A stretch of 64,000 nucleotides of DNA from Dendrobates tinctorius (Eukaryota), in contig NW_027361754.1 in assembly GCF_039654945.1 (NCBI RefSeq), forward strand, positions 29,264,001-29,328,000, in the 5' to 3' direction. The notes beneath the pieces are model-generated. The model searched no databases. It was not told the origin of the DNA and saw only the letters and a list, made by a program, of their open reading frames with translations. Position numbers and translations under genes: made by a program. This document shows positions 37,128-49,900 of the stretch, in pieces. Each line of letters begins with the position of its first letter. The stretch's first letter is position 1.

Positions 37128-38408
37128 TGGGTCGCCCTCCCAGGGCTGTGAGGTACTCGGTACCGGGCCGGTATCAGCGGGATGTGTCACAGCAGCGGGG
37201 ACCCGGTCCGTGGCCCTGGGCGCCCAAGTAATGGGGGAAATGTAATGGTTTGAATGAATAGTTTGTGACGCCACCTGTGGTGTTCGGCAAGTGAGATGTT
37301 GAGCTGACGCTGCATGCAGATCCTCTGGGGCTGGTGGTGTGTTGCAGCCAAGATGGTGAAGCTCCCCACAGGTGGAGCTGTACCCCAGGGCAGTGTAGAT
37401 GTAGGGGAAGAGGAGAGGCACAAGCGGTGTAGAAGCTGGTAGCCAGATGTAGCGGTGCTGGATGCGCTGGCTCAAGAATGAATGGAGGACACCAGGGCTT
37501 GCAGTTCCAAAGCTTTACTCACAGTCTGTAGTACACACAGGTGCCTGCCTCCGTGCCGTGTCCTCCGGGTCAGGGACTCAGTCAACCTCCAGGCAAGATG
37601 GAATGCTCCATTCCAACCCTCCGCCAACATGTGCCTTTCTGAACGTCTCCTCTATAGCGCCTTTAAGTGTGAAGTACTCCCAGTACTGAGTTACACTGGA
37701 GTGCCTCCTGACAGATGTTCCCAAGAACTCTACTTGTACGGCACACAGCTGTAACCTGCTTCGGAGACTCCTTGCTCCTGAATCCCGGCTCACTATCAAT
37801 GTTGCTGTTGTGCCCCCAAGTCTTAGATGGGAATAGTGCATTTACAGCCCACTACTCCACCAGTGTCTGCTGTAGAACGATTAGTGTCCATACAACCTCG
37901 GGGACCGGGCCTCGGCCTTGCGCTTAGAACTTCTAGGCAGGGTTCTTCCTCTAACCCACGTCCTCTGTTCCCTTTTACTCCTACGTTCCATACTAGTCTT
38001 TCCTTCTTATGGAAGATCAGGTTTCGGTTCAATGTCTTTCTCCTTCTTTCCTTTCCCGAGCCAGCAGACCCTGGTCACTGAGATCTGCTGCAGCACCTCC
38101 TTCCTCCATCCCTCTTCCAGGGATCTCCTTTCCTCAATCCTCTCTGAGTGACTCTCCGACTGACTGACCTCGAACTCACTGAAATTCTAAACCTTCCCAC
38201 TCTTTTAAGTATTCTAACTCCAGCCGCCTCCCATCACGTTTCTTGTTCAAAGCAGGGAGCCGCAATGTGGCTTTGCTGAACTACCTTGTTGTGTGGGATG
38301 CAGGTGTTGGAGCGTGGTCAGGAGCCTCCAACTTACCTGGATGGTGGGTACCACACCTCAGGAGGAGGTGCAGTACCTCTGTGGCGACTGAGCCTCAGGG
38401 GCACCACA
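37128..38408. mobile_element. Solo LTR (1281 bp)
   Basis: TGGGTCGCCC...GGGCACCACA termini; 4-bp TSD TATA; related fragment at 11180-11676. Confidence 0.82.
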
Positions 38409-38859
38409 TATACAGTAAAACCAATGATGACGTTCAAAAGGATAACTCGTCCCACAAAAAACAAGCCCTCACATGGCCATATTGACGGAAAAATAAAAAA
38501 GTTATGGCTCTGGGAAGAAAGGGAGCGAAAAACAAAAGTGCAAAAATGGAAAAACCCAAGGGGTAAAGGGGTTAAAATCCTAGTTTACAGTGTTTGCTGT
38601 GCTCCTTCATTTGTGCTCCAACCCTGATCCTGCACCTACAGCTCAGCTGGTTAATCCTTAATTTGTCCTCTCTGTATTCATCCTTGCTTCATTCCACGGC
38701 ATCTATACTGCTGGTCATGAGTCTCGTGCGTATGCTGAGTCGTTGTTTCCCCCGTAACTGTCCTGCCTGCTGCTCCGACACCTGGAGCCTTTGTTTCCAC
38801 CAGGACCAGGGATGTGATCCACCTCATCGAGTGAGCCTAAATACTATGTGGTGGAGCCT

Positions 38860-40570
38860 GGAGGTCTATGGGGGCACTATACTTTTATGGAGCCATTTTG
38901 GTGCATCATACTGTGCAGGAAAGTGTTATGGCATTATAGTATATGGGGGAGCACTATACTGTGCTGGTCACTGTGGGGGCATCATACTGTATGGGGAGCA
39001 CTTTGGGTCACCATATTTAGAAGGCACTGTGGGGGCATCATGTGAGTGGGTGTACTGTGGAGCCATCACAATATGTAATGAGCACTGTGGGGGCCATCAT
39101 AATATGTAATGGTCACTGTGGGGGCATCATACTGTATGGGGAGCACTTTGGGTCACCATACTTAGAAGGCACTGTGGGGGAATCATGTAAGTGTGTGTAC
39201 TGTGGAGCCATCACAATATGTAATGAGCACTGTGGGGGCCATCATAATACTTAATGATCACTGTGGTGGCATCATACTGTATCGGGAGCACTTTGGGTCA
39301 CCATATTTAGGCTGAGTTCACACGTGGCGTTTTTTTCGCGTTTCCGCGGCTGTTTTAACCGCGCGATTTTGCCGTGAAAACGCGAAAAATAAGCATCCCA
39401 TGCATTCCTATGGGATTCAGCAATGCTGTGCTAATGCTGCAGTTTTTACCGCGGCGGAATCGCTTCGCGGTAAAAACCGCAGCATGCTCATTAATTTGCG
39501 GAATCGCGGCGATCCCGCACCCATAGGAATGCATTGTTCCACTTACTTCCCGCATGTGGCTGTGCACAACATGCGGAAAGTAAGCAGAACAATTGCGGAT
39601 GGTACCCACGGTCCGGATGAGAGGAGACTGTCCTCCGGGCTTTGGGTACCATACCCCTGTAAAAAATAGAATTTAAAAATAAAAAATATTGTTATTCTCA
39701 CCCTCCGACGTCCCGCGCAGTCTTTCCGCTTCTCTTCCCGCTCCCGTTCCCAGTAGTCCTTTGCGAAAATGCCCGCGATGGCGTCCGTTCTCGCGGGATC
39801 GCGAAGTCTCGCGGTCATTCGCGCGATGTCATCGCGAATTACCGCGAGACGTCGCGATCCCGCGAGAACTGACGTCATCGCGGGCATTTTCGCAAAGGAT
39901 TACTGGAAACGGATGCGCGGGACGTCGGAGGGTAAGAATAACACTATTTTTTTTTTTTTACATTTTATCTTTTACTACTGATGCTGCATAGGCGGCCTCA
40001 GTAGTAAAAAGTTGGTCACACTCGTCAAACACTATATTTGACAAGTGTGACCAATCTGTCAATCAGTTCTCCCAGCGATGCTACAGATCGCTTGGAGAAC
40101 GCTAGCATTTTGCAAGCTAATTACGCTTGCAAAATGCTAGTTTTTCCGTGGGAAAATCGCGGGATTTTAAAATGCGATTTTCCCGCTGCCTGGAATTCCG
40201 GAATTCTTGCGGTAATTTCCGTGAGAGTTCCGGTACGTGTGCACTTAGCCTAAGAAGGCACTGTGGGGGAATCATGTGAGTGGGTGTACTGTGGAGCCAT
40301 CACAATATGTAATGAGCACTGTGGGGGCCATCATAATATGTAATGGTCACTGTGGTGGCATCATACTGTATGGGGAGCACTTTGGGTCATCATATTTAGG
40401 AGGCACTGTGGGGGGATCATGTGAGTGGGTACTGTGGAGCCATCATAATATTTAATGGTCACTGTGGAGGCATCATGCTGTATGGGGAGCCCTTTGGGTC
40501 ACCATATTTAGAAGGCACTGTGGGGAGCCATCATTACATTAATATGTAATGGGCACTGTGGGAGCCATCA
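38860..40570. repeat. Minisatellite with ~145-bp higher-order unit (CACTGTGGGGGCATCAT...)
   Basis: Repeated units on both sides of the MITE at 39310-40250. Confidence 0.85.
39310..40250. mobile_element. PIF/Harbinger-type MITE, CpG-rich with internal palindrome
   Basis: GGCTGAGTTCACACGT / ACGTGTGCACTTAGCC; TTA/TAA flanks; inverted repeat ~39690-39945. Confidence 0.85.
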
Positions 40571-41329
40571 TGCGTGTGTGGATGTGCTACAAAGAAACAC
40601 AACTGACTAGCAGAATAAAGCAAGTGTGAACAGGTGTAAGCTGTTGTGCAGCAGGATGCTGTATGTACTAAGATGAGCAAACATTGACTCAAATATTGTC
40701 GCAGCAGCCAACCATCGTGTCTCAGACTCCATCCCCAGTGACATTTGTTGCACTCAGTATTTGGCTGCCTTATAACATGTTTATCTGTAATTCTGAATAC
40801 CTGATAATTACAGTACACACAGCGGACGCTGGGAACAGACATCAAGGTCAGATTCCGCTGTAATAAAAAGGCAGTTGTAGTATTTACACTGGGGCGACGG
40901 AAGCAGCGCCTGTACCAGGCATCGAGCAAGTTCCAGGGCTGATATGTAAATGGTGACTATTGTTTTAACAAAGTTATAAAACATCCATAGTACAAGTGAA
41001 TATAAGAAACTTTGTAATATATCTTACCAAAAAAATATGCTTCTTTCTCCACTTATGAGCCATTTTGTCTAATCCACCTGCCTCCTGAACTCATACACCC
41101 TGAAATACAAGGTAGGAAGGACTGACAGAAGACACCTAATAAAGTTTATTGAGATTGGTGGAGGAACAGAGCAGATCCTGCTTTCTGGTAAACATTTTAG
41201 CTCAGGCCAGAGTTGGATTCACAGCTACACTGCTCAGTACTGCTGTATAATTTCCTCCATGCTGCTGTATCGGAACATGTCCTACGTAGAGATGGGAGAG
41301 GAGGAATTCCTCTTGTCTGCGTGTGCATT

Positions 41330-42590
41330 CTAAACATCATAACAATTAGACTCTATCTACTACTATATCTACTGATGAAAGATATGAGGTGCGGCAAAAA
41401 AGACCCACGACAACATAGTCTGAAGGGAGGTAAGAAAATTTCGAAAACAATCCACAGGGAGGAGATTGGAACAAAACAAAATCATCTAAACTGCATGCTC
41501 GCAAACGCCGGAAGCCTGACAAACAAGATGGAAGAGCTAGAAGCAGAAATATCTACAGGTAATAACTATGACATAGTGGGGATAACCGAGGCATGGTTAG
41601 ATGAAAGCTATGACTGGGCAGCTAACTTACAGGGTTACAATTTGTTTAGAAAGGATCGTAAAAATCGGAGAGGAGGAGAGGTTTGTCTGTAGGTAAAGTC
41701 TTGTCTAAACTCCACTTTAAGGGAAGACATTAGCGAAGGGAATGAGGATGTCGAGTCCATATGGGTCGAAATACATGGAGGGAAAAATAGTAGCAAAATT
41801 CTCACTGGGGTCTGTTACAAACCTCGAAATATAACAGAAATCATGGAAAGTCTACTACTAAGGCAGATGAAGCTGCAACCCATTATGAGGTCCTTGTTAT
41901 GGGGGAGTTTAACTACCCGGATATTAACTGGGAAACAGAGACCTGCGAAACCCATAAAGGCAACAGGCTTCTGCTAATAACCAAAATAAATTATCTTTCA
42001 CAATTGGTGCAGAAGCCAACCAGAGGAGCAGCACTTTTAGACCTAATACTATCTAATAGACCTGACAGAATAACAAATCTACAGGTCGTTGGGCATCAAG
42101 GAAATAGCGACCACAATATTGTACAGTTTCACTTGTCTTTCGCTAGGGGGACATGTCAGGGAGTCACAAAAACACTGAACTTTAGGAAGGCAAAGTTTGA
42201 CCAGCTTAGAGATGCCCTTAATCTGGTTGACTGGGACAATGTCCTCAGAAATAAGAATACAGATAATAAATGGGAAATGTTTAAGAACATCCTTAATAGG
42301 CACTGTAAGTGGTTTATACCTTGTGTGAATAAAAGGAAAAGAAATAGGAAAAACCCAATGTGGCTAAACAAAGTAGTAAGAGGGGCAATTAACAGTAAAA
42401 AGAAAGCATTTAAACTGCTAAAAGCAGGATGGCACCGTTGAAGCTCTAAAAAGCAATAGGGAGAAAAATTCCTTATCTAAAAAACTAATTAAAGCTGCCA
42501 AAAAGGAAACAGAGAAGCACATTGCTAAGGAGAGTGAGACTAATCCCAAAATGTTTTTCAACTATATCAATAGTAAAAGAATCAAAAGTG
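41330..42590 (+). mobile_element. CR1 LINE fragment (APE endonuclease part of ORF2), cut by an LTR
   Basis: NAGSLTNK, DIVGITEAWL, MGEFNYPDINW, LDLILSN, GNSDHN motifs; homologous to 3433-4240; start approximate. Confidence 0.9.
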
Positions 42591-43424
42591 TGTGAGGTAG
42601 TGAATCCCGTTACAGCTAGCGGGTGCTGTATGTGCTCCTCAGAATACACACGGAAGCGTATTGAGGCCATAGGACAGCATGGCAGTCACTGGCGTATCTG
42701 TGATTATGATGGTGAGACCAGTGGCGGATTAAGTGGACCATGGGCCCGGGGCTGTTCATAAAACCTGGGCCCCAGTACCCCCCTTCCCAGGAAAACATTT
42801 TCTGTCAAAATTTTGTGGCTCTTCTCACAAAAACACTGCATATGCTGATTTTTAGGTATACAAATTGTAACATTTATTAGACCATAAAAACAAAGAAAAA
42901 TTTCTTTTTTCTCACAAGAAATTGTATTGTATGGTCAAACAATATAAATAATATTAAATATTCCTCAAAATCAACAGTCAAAATATATAATGTGGTATAT
43001 ACTGGCCTGTATTTCTTCATACAAGGTAAACAAAAGGCTACATTCACCATACCACATGTAAGTGCAAATAAGAACATGTAAACATAATATTAAACAATAA
43101 TTCAACATAATTATTTATCTACCGTATATACTCGAGTATAAGCCGATCCGAGTATAAGCCGACCCCCCTAATTTTGCCACAAAAACCTGGGAAACTTATT
43201 GACTCGAAATTGCCAAAGATACTGGTAAATTTCAAAAATAAAAATAGATAAGAATAAAAGTAAAATTAATTGAGACATCAGTAGGTTAAATGTTTTTGAA
43301 TATTTATTTAAAAGAAAAACATTAAACAAGCCCTGTAAGTCCAAAAGAGGGTCAACAAAACCAATATGGCAACAGCAATCACTTTAAAAGTACAAAAACC
43401 TCAGCTCAATCTAAAATACAAGAG

Positions 43425-44735
43425 TTAAAATCCTTCAAAGTCACTGGATTCCTCATCATCTGTATGTCCAAACAGAGCTTCAGCTTCAGCTGGTAAGAGG
43501 TTATCAGCATAGACATTGTCGTCATCATCACTGAGTTGGTCATCACCGCCACTGCTGTCGTCTTCATACAAAGCGCTGTCTTCACTGCCATCCATAGCAT
43601 TACTAATGCCACATTTCTTGAAGGCGCGTTGCACCATGTCCTCTGGAATCTCTTCCCATGCATCACGAACCCACTTTGCAATTAATTCTATGTCCGGCTT
43701 CATCAGATTTCCAAGTTTTGTTAGTCGGGCTTGACCAGATGACATCCACACATCTAGGGGCTGCAATACAGATTTAAGTCCACCTGGAATAACCGCCAAA
43801 GTAACTTGAGAAGACTTTGCCAATTTTTTGATGTCATCACATGTGTGGGCTCTGAACATATCCCAAACTAGCAATGATGGTTTTTTCTTTAAGGCTGTTC
43901 CTGGTCGTCCATTCCAAATTTCTTCCAGCCATTTTTTTGTTCCATCTTCATCCATCCAGCCTTTAATATGAGCGCGCACTGTAATTCGTGCTGGGAATTG
44001 GACCTTTTTAGGCAGGGTCTTTCTTTTAAAAATAATGACAGGCCGCAGCTTAGTTCCATTAGCCAAACAAGAAAGAACGACTGTGAAATGATTTTTTTCG
44101 TTTCCTGTGGTTCTGAGTAGAATAGTTTTTTCTCCCATATTTGCCACAGTTCTGTTGCTGGGAAGATCAAAAGTCATAGGTGTTTCATCCATATTTCCAA
44201 TATCTCCCAGGTCATAGTTATGGATCCTTCTTTGTTTTATGATGAATGAATGGAATGACATCACTTTTTCATCAAGGTCTTTTGGCAACTTCTGTGAAAT
44301 CTTTGTTCTTTGCCGCAAACATAGGCCAAATCTATTCATGAAACGGGTACACCATCTTGCTGAGGCAACAAATTTTTCAATTCCTGGTGCTTTCAATTGA
44401 TCTTCTTTAGCCATTTGAAGGGCACGTAAGCGAATTCCCATGCGTGTTACGCAGTAGCCATTTTGACGACACTCCATAACCCATTTATGCAATTCAGTCT
44501 CTAGAGCCCCATACGACACCTTCAAACCACGTTGAGCTTTTTTTGCCTTTGGAGTCTTTTCCAAGTCCGCTTTCATTTTCCGCCACTCCCTCACTTGTTT
44601 TTCGTTAACACAAAATTCCCTACTTGCAATACTGTTATTGCTTTCTTCTGCTCTTGACACAACCTTAAGTTTGAAACCAGCTTCGTACGACCTGCGTTTT
44701 TGTTTTGGTCCAGGATTTGAAGTACTGGGATCCAT
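43425..44735 (-). CDS. pogo transposase (Brinker-like DBD, CENP-B HTH, DDE_1), apparently with a short in-frame deletion after QPLDV
   Basis: RSYEAGFKLKVV, WCTRFMNR, GNMDETP, WDMFRAH, QPLDV, AFKKCGIS; ATG at 44735 directly after a splice-acceptor-like TTTTTTTATCCCGTTAG. Confidence 0.88.
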   Translation of the reverse strand: MDPSTSNPGPKQKRRSYEAGFKLKVVSRAEESNNSIASREFCVNEKQVREWRKMKADLEKTPKAKKAQRGLKVSYGALETELHKWVMECRQNGYCVTRMGIRLRALQMAKEDQLKAPGIEKFVASARWCTRFMNRFGLCLRQRTKISQKLPKDLDEKVMSFHSFIIKQRRIHNYDLGDIGNMDETPMTFDLPSNRTVANMGEKTILLRTTGNEKNHFTVVLSCLANGTKLRPVIIFKRKTLPKKVQFPARITVRAHIKGWMDEDGTKKWLEEIWNGRPGTALKKKPSLLVWDMFRAHTCDDIKKLAKSSQVTLAVIPGGLKSVLQPLDVWMSSGQARLTKLGNLMKPDIELIAKWVRDAWEEIPEDMVQRAFKKCGISNAMDGSEDSALYEDDSSGGDDQLSDDDDNVYADNLLPAEAEALFGHTDDEESSDFEGF

Positions 44736-44769
44736 TTCTAACGGGATAAAAAAAGATGCTCCGTACAAA

Positions 44770-45560
44770 TAATGCTGCACAGTGAATAATGGTGGCTCAT
44801 ATAACGCTGCATAACATACGGTATGCCCCACATAATGCTGCAGAGTGTATAATGGTGGCTCATATAACGCTGCATAACATACGGTATGCCCCATATAATG
44901 CTGCAGAGTGTATAATGGTGGCTCATATAACGCTGCATAACATACGGTATGCCCCATATAATGCTGCAGAGTGTATAATGGTGGCTCATATAACGCTGCA
45001 TAAAATACGGTATGCCCCATATAATGCTGCAGAGTGTATAATGGTGGCTCATATAACGCTGCATAACATACGGTATGCCCCATATAATGCTGCAGAGTGT
45101 ATAATGGTGGCTCATATAACGCTGCATAACATACGGTATGCCCCATATAATGCTGCAGAGTGTATAATGGTGGCTCATATAACGCTGCATAAAATACGGT
45201 ATGCCCCATATAATGCTGCAGAGTGTATAATGGTGGCTCATATAACGCTGCATAACATACGGTATGCCCCATATAATGCTGCAGAGTGTATAATGGTGGC
45301 TCATATAACGCTGCATAACATACGGTATGCCCCATATAATGCTGCACAGTGAATAATGGTGGCTCATATAACGCTGCATAACATACGGTATGCCCCATAT
45401 AATGCTGCAGAGTGTATAATGGTGGCTCATATAACGCTGCATAACATATGGTTTGCCCCATATAATGCTGCAGAGTGTATAATGGTGGCTCATATAACGC
45501 TGGATAACATATGGTTTGCCCCATATAATGCTGCACAGTGAATAATGGTGGCCCCAATGC
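44770..45560. repeat. 63-bp tandem repeat, ~12.5 near-identical copies
   Basis: ATAATGCTGCAGAGTGTATAATGGTGGCTCATATAACGCTGCATAACATACGGTATGCCCCAT repeated. Confidence 0.96.
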
Positions 45561-46949
45561 ATGATACGGTAATTTATTGCCCAAGTGATAGGATTACCGG
45601 TAATCCTATCATGTTGCTGCTGCTGGAATAAAAAAAAAAACAAAACACTATATACTCACCTCAGCTGCTTCTCAGCGTTGCCGGCACTTCAGTGACTCAG
45701 GCAGCGGGCGCGTACTATCTACGTCATCGCGCCCCCTGACCTGTACGTCACTGCCAGAAGACGGAAGACAGGAGACCGGCGCGCAGCGACTTGGAACGCG
45801 GACAGGTGACTATTGCAAGTGCCGGGGGCCTGAGCCAGCGGTGACACCGGTATGTGACCCCCCATAACGCGCCAGTGTCCCCGCCAGCTCAGGACACCAG
45901 CACTTGTCCCGCTGACAACGCCAGCCGCCGGCCCTATCATCACCCGCCGGGACACTGACAGGCTGCAGGGGACCGCGGACATATACCGGGGACCACGGGG
46001 ACCTCCTCCCTGCATCGGTAAAATGTAAGTCACAACCGTGACTCGAATATAAACCGAGGGGGGTCTTTTTCAGCCCAAAAAGGGGGCTGAAAAACTCGGC
46101 TTATATTCGAGTATATACGGTATACAGATGTATATCTATGTGGGTGGTAGCCTAACAGGAAAAGTGCAATGAGCACAGGCAACAATTTCTTAATGGACTA
46201 GAAACTGTCACGCGGTGCTTAGGTCAACTAAGGCTGAAATACCCGGGGCCCCTGTGGTGTCCCTTTAACTACGGGAAACCCTGTCTGACCCTCAACCCCC
46301 GGTTTTTGCTGATGGTGCAAATGCCTGAGCCTCCAACCTTTCCTTATCTCCTGCTCAGCCCTAAGCTTAACCCTCCAAAGGAGACAAACCACCAAAGTCC
46401 CACACAATAATGACAGACAGGGAGAACTTAAACTGCACCGCGCCGCATACACACAGGACTATACAGTAATGTGAACAGGGCACAACAAAACACAAATATG
46501 GGAAGGTGAAAAGGTAACAACGGATCATACGCCACCAGATACGAATCTCTCTCTCTCCAACACCTCCACTCCAGACCGGAACCACTTGGTATGAAACACA
46601 AGCTATAATCGGCCACGCCCATAGGCCAGCACGACTATTTAAAGACCGTGGGCGTGACCAAACATCCAACCTGAACTCCAGCTAGATTAACCCCCGATAG
46701 CCTGAGAAAATCAAGCCGGCGCCACTGAGGCTATAGTGGACGGAGGTGGAACTACCTCTGCCTGCCGGACGCTGTGGTGTGAATAGCGTCCGACATGACA
46801 GTACCCCGTCTTCTACGAGGGACCCCAGGGCCCTCAAGACTCATAGGACCCGGCTTGTCCAGATGACGACGGTGAAAAGAACTGACCAGCCGATCCGCAT
46901 GTATGTCCGAGGCTGGTACCCAAGACCTCTCCTCCGGACCATACCCCCG

Positions 46950-49900
46950 TCAGTGTACCAAATACTGAAGAGTACGGCGCACTACTCGAGAGTCCGCTAC
47001 CTTGGAGACCTCAAACTCTAAATCGCCATCCACCATGACCGGAGGTGGCATCGGCGTCGTGTCCACAGAGCCTACCACCTTTTTCAATAAAGCCCTGTGA
47101 AACACGTTGTGTATCTTGTATACCGCAGGAAGTTCCAACTGATAAGCAACTGGGTTAATGATGGCAGCAATCTTAAAAGGCCCAATAAACCTTGGACCCA
47201 ATTTTAAAGATGGAATTTTGAGTTTTATGTTTTTAGTCGCTAACCACACCCATTCACCCACACACAGGTCCGGACCTGGCACGCGTCTACTGTCAGCCAC
47301 CCGTTTGTACCTCGCACTCATGCTCAACAATCGCTGTTTCACCCTCCTCCAGACCGATGATAATTGAGCTCCTAGCTGGTCCTCCTCCGGGACGCCCCCC
47401 GAGTCACCCTGACGTAAGGTACAAAATTGAGGATGTTGACCGTAAACACAAAAGAACGGAGACTCTCCCGATGACTCTTGGCGGTGATTATTTAATGCGA
47501 ACTCGGCCAGAGGAAGGAAAGTAGACCACTCCTCTTGGTTGTCGGACACAAAGCATCGTAAATACTGCTCCAGATTTTGGTTCATGCGCTCAGTTTGACC
47601 ATTTGACTGTGGATGAAACGCCGATGAATGTGACAACTTGATCCCCAAACGTGAGCAAAAAGCTTTCCAAAACCTCGCCACAAATTGAGTTCCCCTATCA
47701 GATACTATGTCCGACGGAACTCCGTGGAGTCTGACCACCTCCTGCACAAACACCTGAGCCAACGTCTTTGCATTGGGCAAGGAAGGCAACGACACAAAAT
47801 GCGCCATCTTTGAAAATCGGTCAACCACCACCAGGATGACCGTGTTCCCCGCCGAGGCTGGCAAGTCAGTGATAAAATCCATGGAGATTTCTGTCCATGG
47901 CCTATTAGGTACCCCCAGAGGCTGTAGCATGCCAGCAGGAAGGGCTCGGGGCGACTTGACCCTAGCGCACGTGATGCGAGCTGCCACGTACGAGACCACG
48001 TCCTGCCAGATTTTGGGCCACCAGAAACGACGCGATACCAGCTCTAAGGTGCCCTTAACCCCTGGATCACCAGCCAGTACTGAGTTGTGGTGTTCCCTCA
48101 ACACCTTAAGACGAAGATGAAGGGGTACAAATGATTTGTTGGTGGGAAGTCCTGGCGGTACCTCCTCTTGGGCCTCGGCAATCTCCGCCTCTACCTCAGT
48201 CGTGAGAGCCGAGACCACTACACCTTCCTGGAGGATGGGTACCGGCTCTTCCCGAGGTTCTCCCCCCGGAAAACACCTAGATAAGGCATCCGCCTTGGTG
48301 TTTTTAGCCCCGGGACGGTAAGTCACCAGAAAATTGAAATGTGTAAAAAACAATGCCCAGCGAGCCTGCCTAGGAGACAGACACTTGGCCGACTCCAGAT
48401 AGAGCAGGTTCTTATGGTCGGTGATGACTGTGACCTGGTGAGCCACCCCCTCCAAGAAGTGTCGCCATTCCTCAAAAGCCAATTTGATGGCCAACAACTC
48501 CCTGTTGCCGATACCATAATTCCGTTCGGCCGGCGACAGCTTCTTGGAGAAGTAGGCGCATGGATGCATATCGCTCAAGGACGAGCCTTGTGACAGTACT
48601 GCCCCCACTCCCACCTCAGACGCATCAACCTCCACCACAAAAGGTTTAGACACGTCCGGTTGCACCAGAATGGGGGCTGAAGCAAAACTGTTCTTCAGAC
48701 GCTCAAATGCACGTATCGCCACCTCAGACCAGCTAGCCAGATCGGTACCTTTTTTTGTCATGTCCGTGAGCGGTTTGGCTATAGTAGAAAAGTGTTTTAT
48801 AAATTTCCTATAATAATTAGCAAATCCAAGGAACCGCTGGAGCGCTTTCAGATTATCAGGCTTTTCCCATTGCAGCACCGCTTGCACCTTCGCGGTGTCC
48901 ATTTTAAACCCTGCAGCGGACACAATATATCCCAAAAAAGGTAACTCCTGAACAAAAAATAAGCATTTTTCCAGCTTAGCATAGAGCTTATTCTCCCGGA
49001 GCAACTGTAACACCTGCCTGACATGCTCTAAATGAGTGTCCCGGTTGCTCGAATAAATGAGGATATCATCCAGGTATACAATCACAAATTTCCCCAGGAC
49101 ATGAGCAAATACATCATTAATAAAATGCTGGAAAACAGCAGGCGCGGTTGTCAACCCAAATGGCATAACCAGGCTCTCAAAATGACCCTCAGGAGTGTTA
49201 AACGCCGTCTTCCACTCATCCCCCTGACGGACCCTTATGAGGTTATACGCCCCCCTGAGGTCAAGCTTGGAAAACCACTTCACCCCCGCCACCTGGTTGA
49301 ACAAATCAGGGATCAAAGGCATCGGGTAGGGATCACGGATCGTAATCTGGTTTAACTCCCGGAAATCCAGACACGGGCGTAACCCCCCATCTTTCTTCTT
49401 AATGAAGAAAAACCCCGCTGCTACAGGCGAGGACGGAGGCCGGATGTGTCCTTTGCTCAGACTCTCCGCGATGTAGTCTTTCAGAGCTTGTCTCTCTGGA
49501 CCAGAAATATTAAACATCCTGGCCTTAGGTAATTTGGCCCCGGGTTTTAACCTAATCACACAGTCATAGGCTCGATGTGGAGGCAGTTCTGAGCAACCCC
49601 TCTCAGAGAATACATCCACGAAATCCTGCAAAGCCTCCGGAAGGCTGGGCGTCACGGCGGACACACATGTGGCCAAGCAATCGTCCTGGCAGAAACCACT
49701 CCATTGGACTATGTCCTGAGTTTTCCAATCAATCACCGGGTTGTGCCTGGACAACCATGGAAAACCCAGGACCATTTGTGCTGGGAGATTACGGAGGACC
49801 CTACATGTAACCCACTCAGAATGTAGGACCCCAATGTGGAGTTTCACCTCAGCCACAAACTCCGTAATCTTCCCTTGTGGGAGGGGAGCGGCATTAATGG

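Larger units (their letters stand above)
43122..46120 (-). mobile_element. pogo/Tigger DNA transposon (POGK-like transposase)
   Basis: TA|CCGTATATACTCGAGTATAAGCCGA ... TCGGCTTATATTCGAGTATATACGG|TA. Confidence 0.95.
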
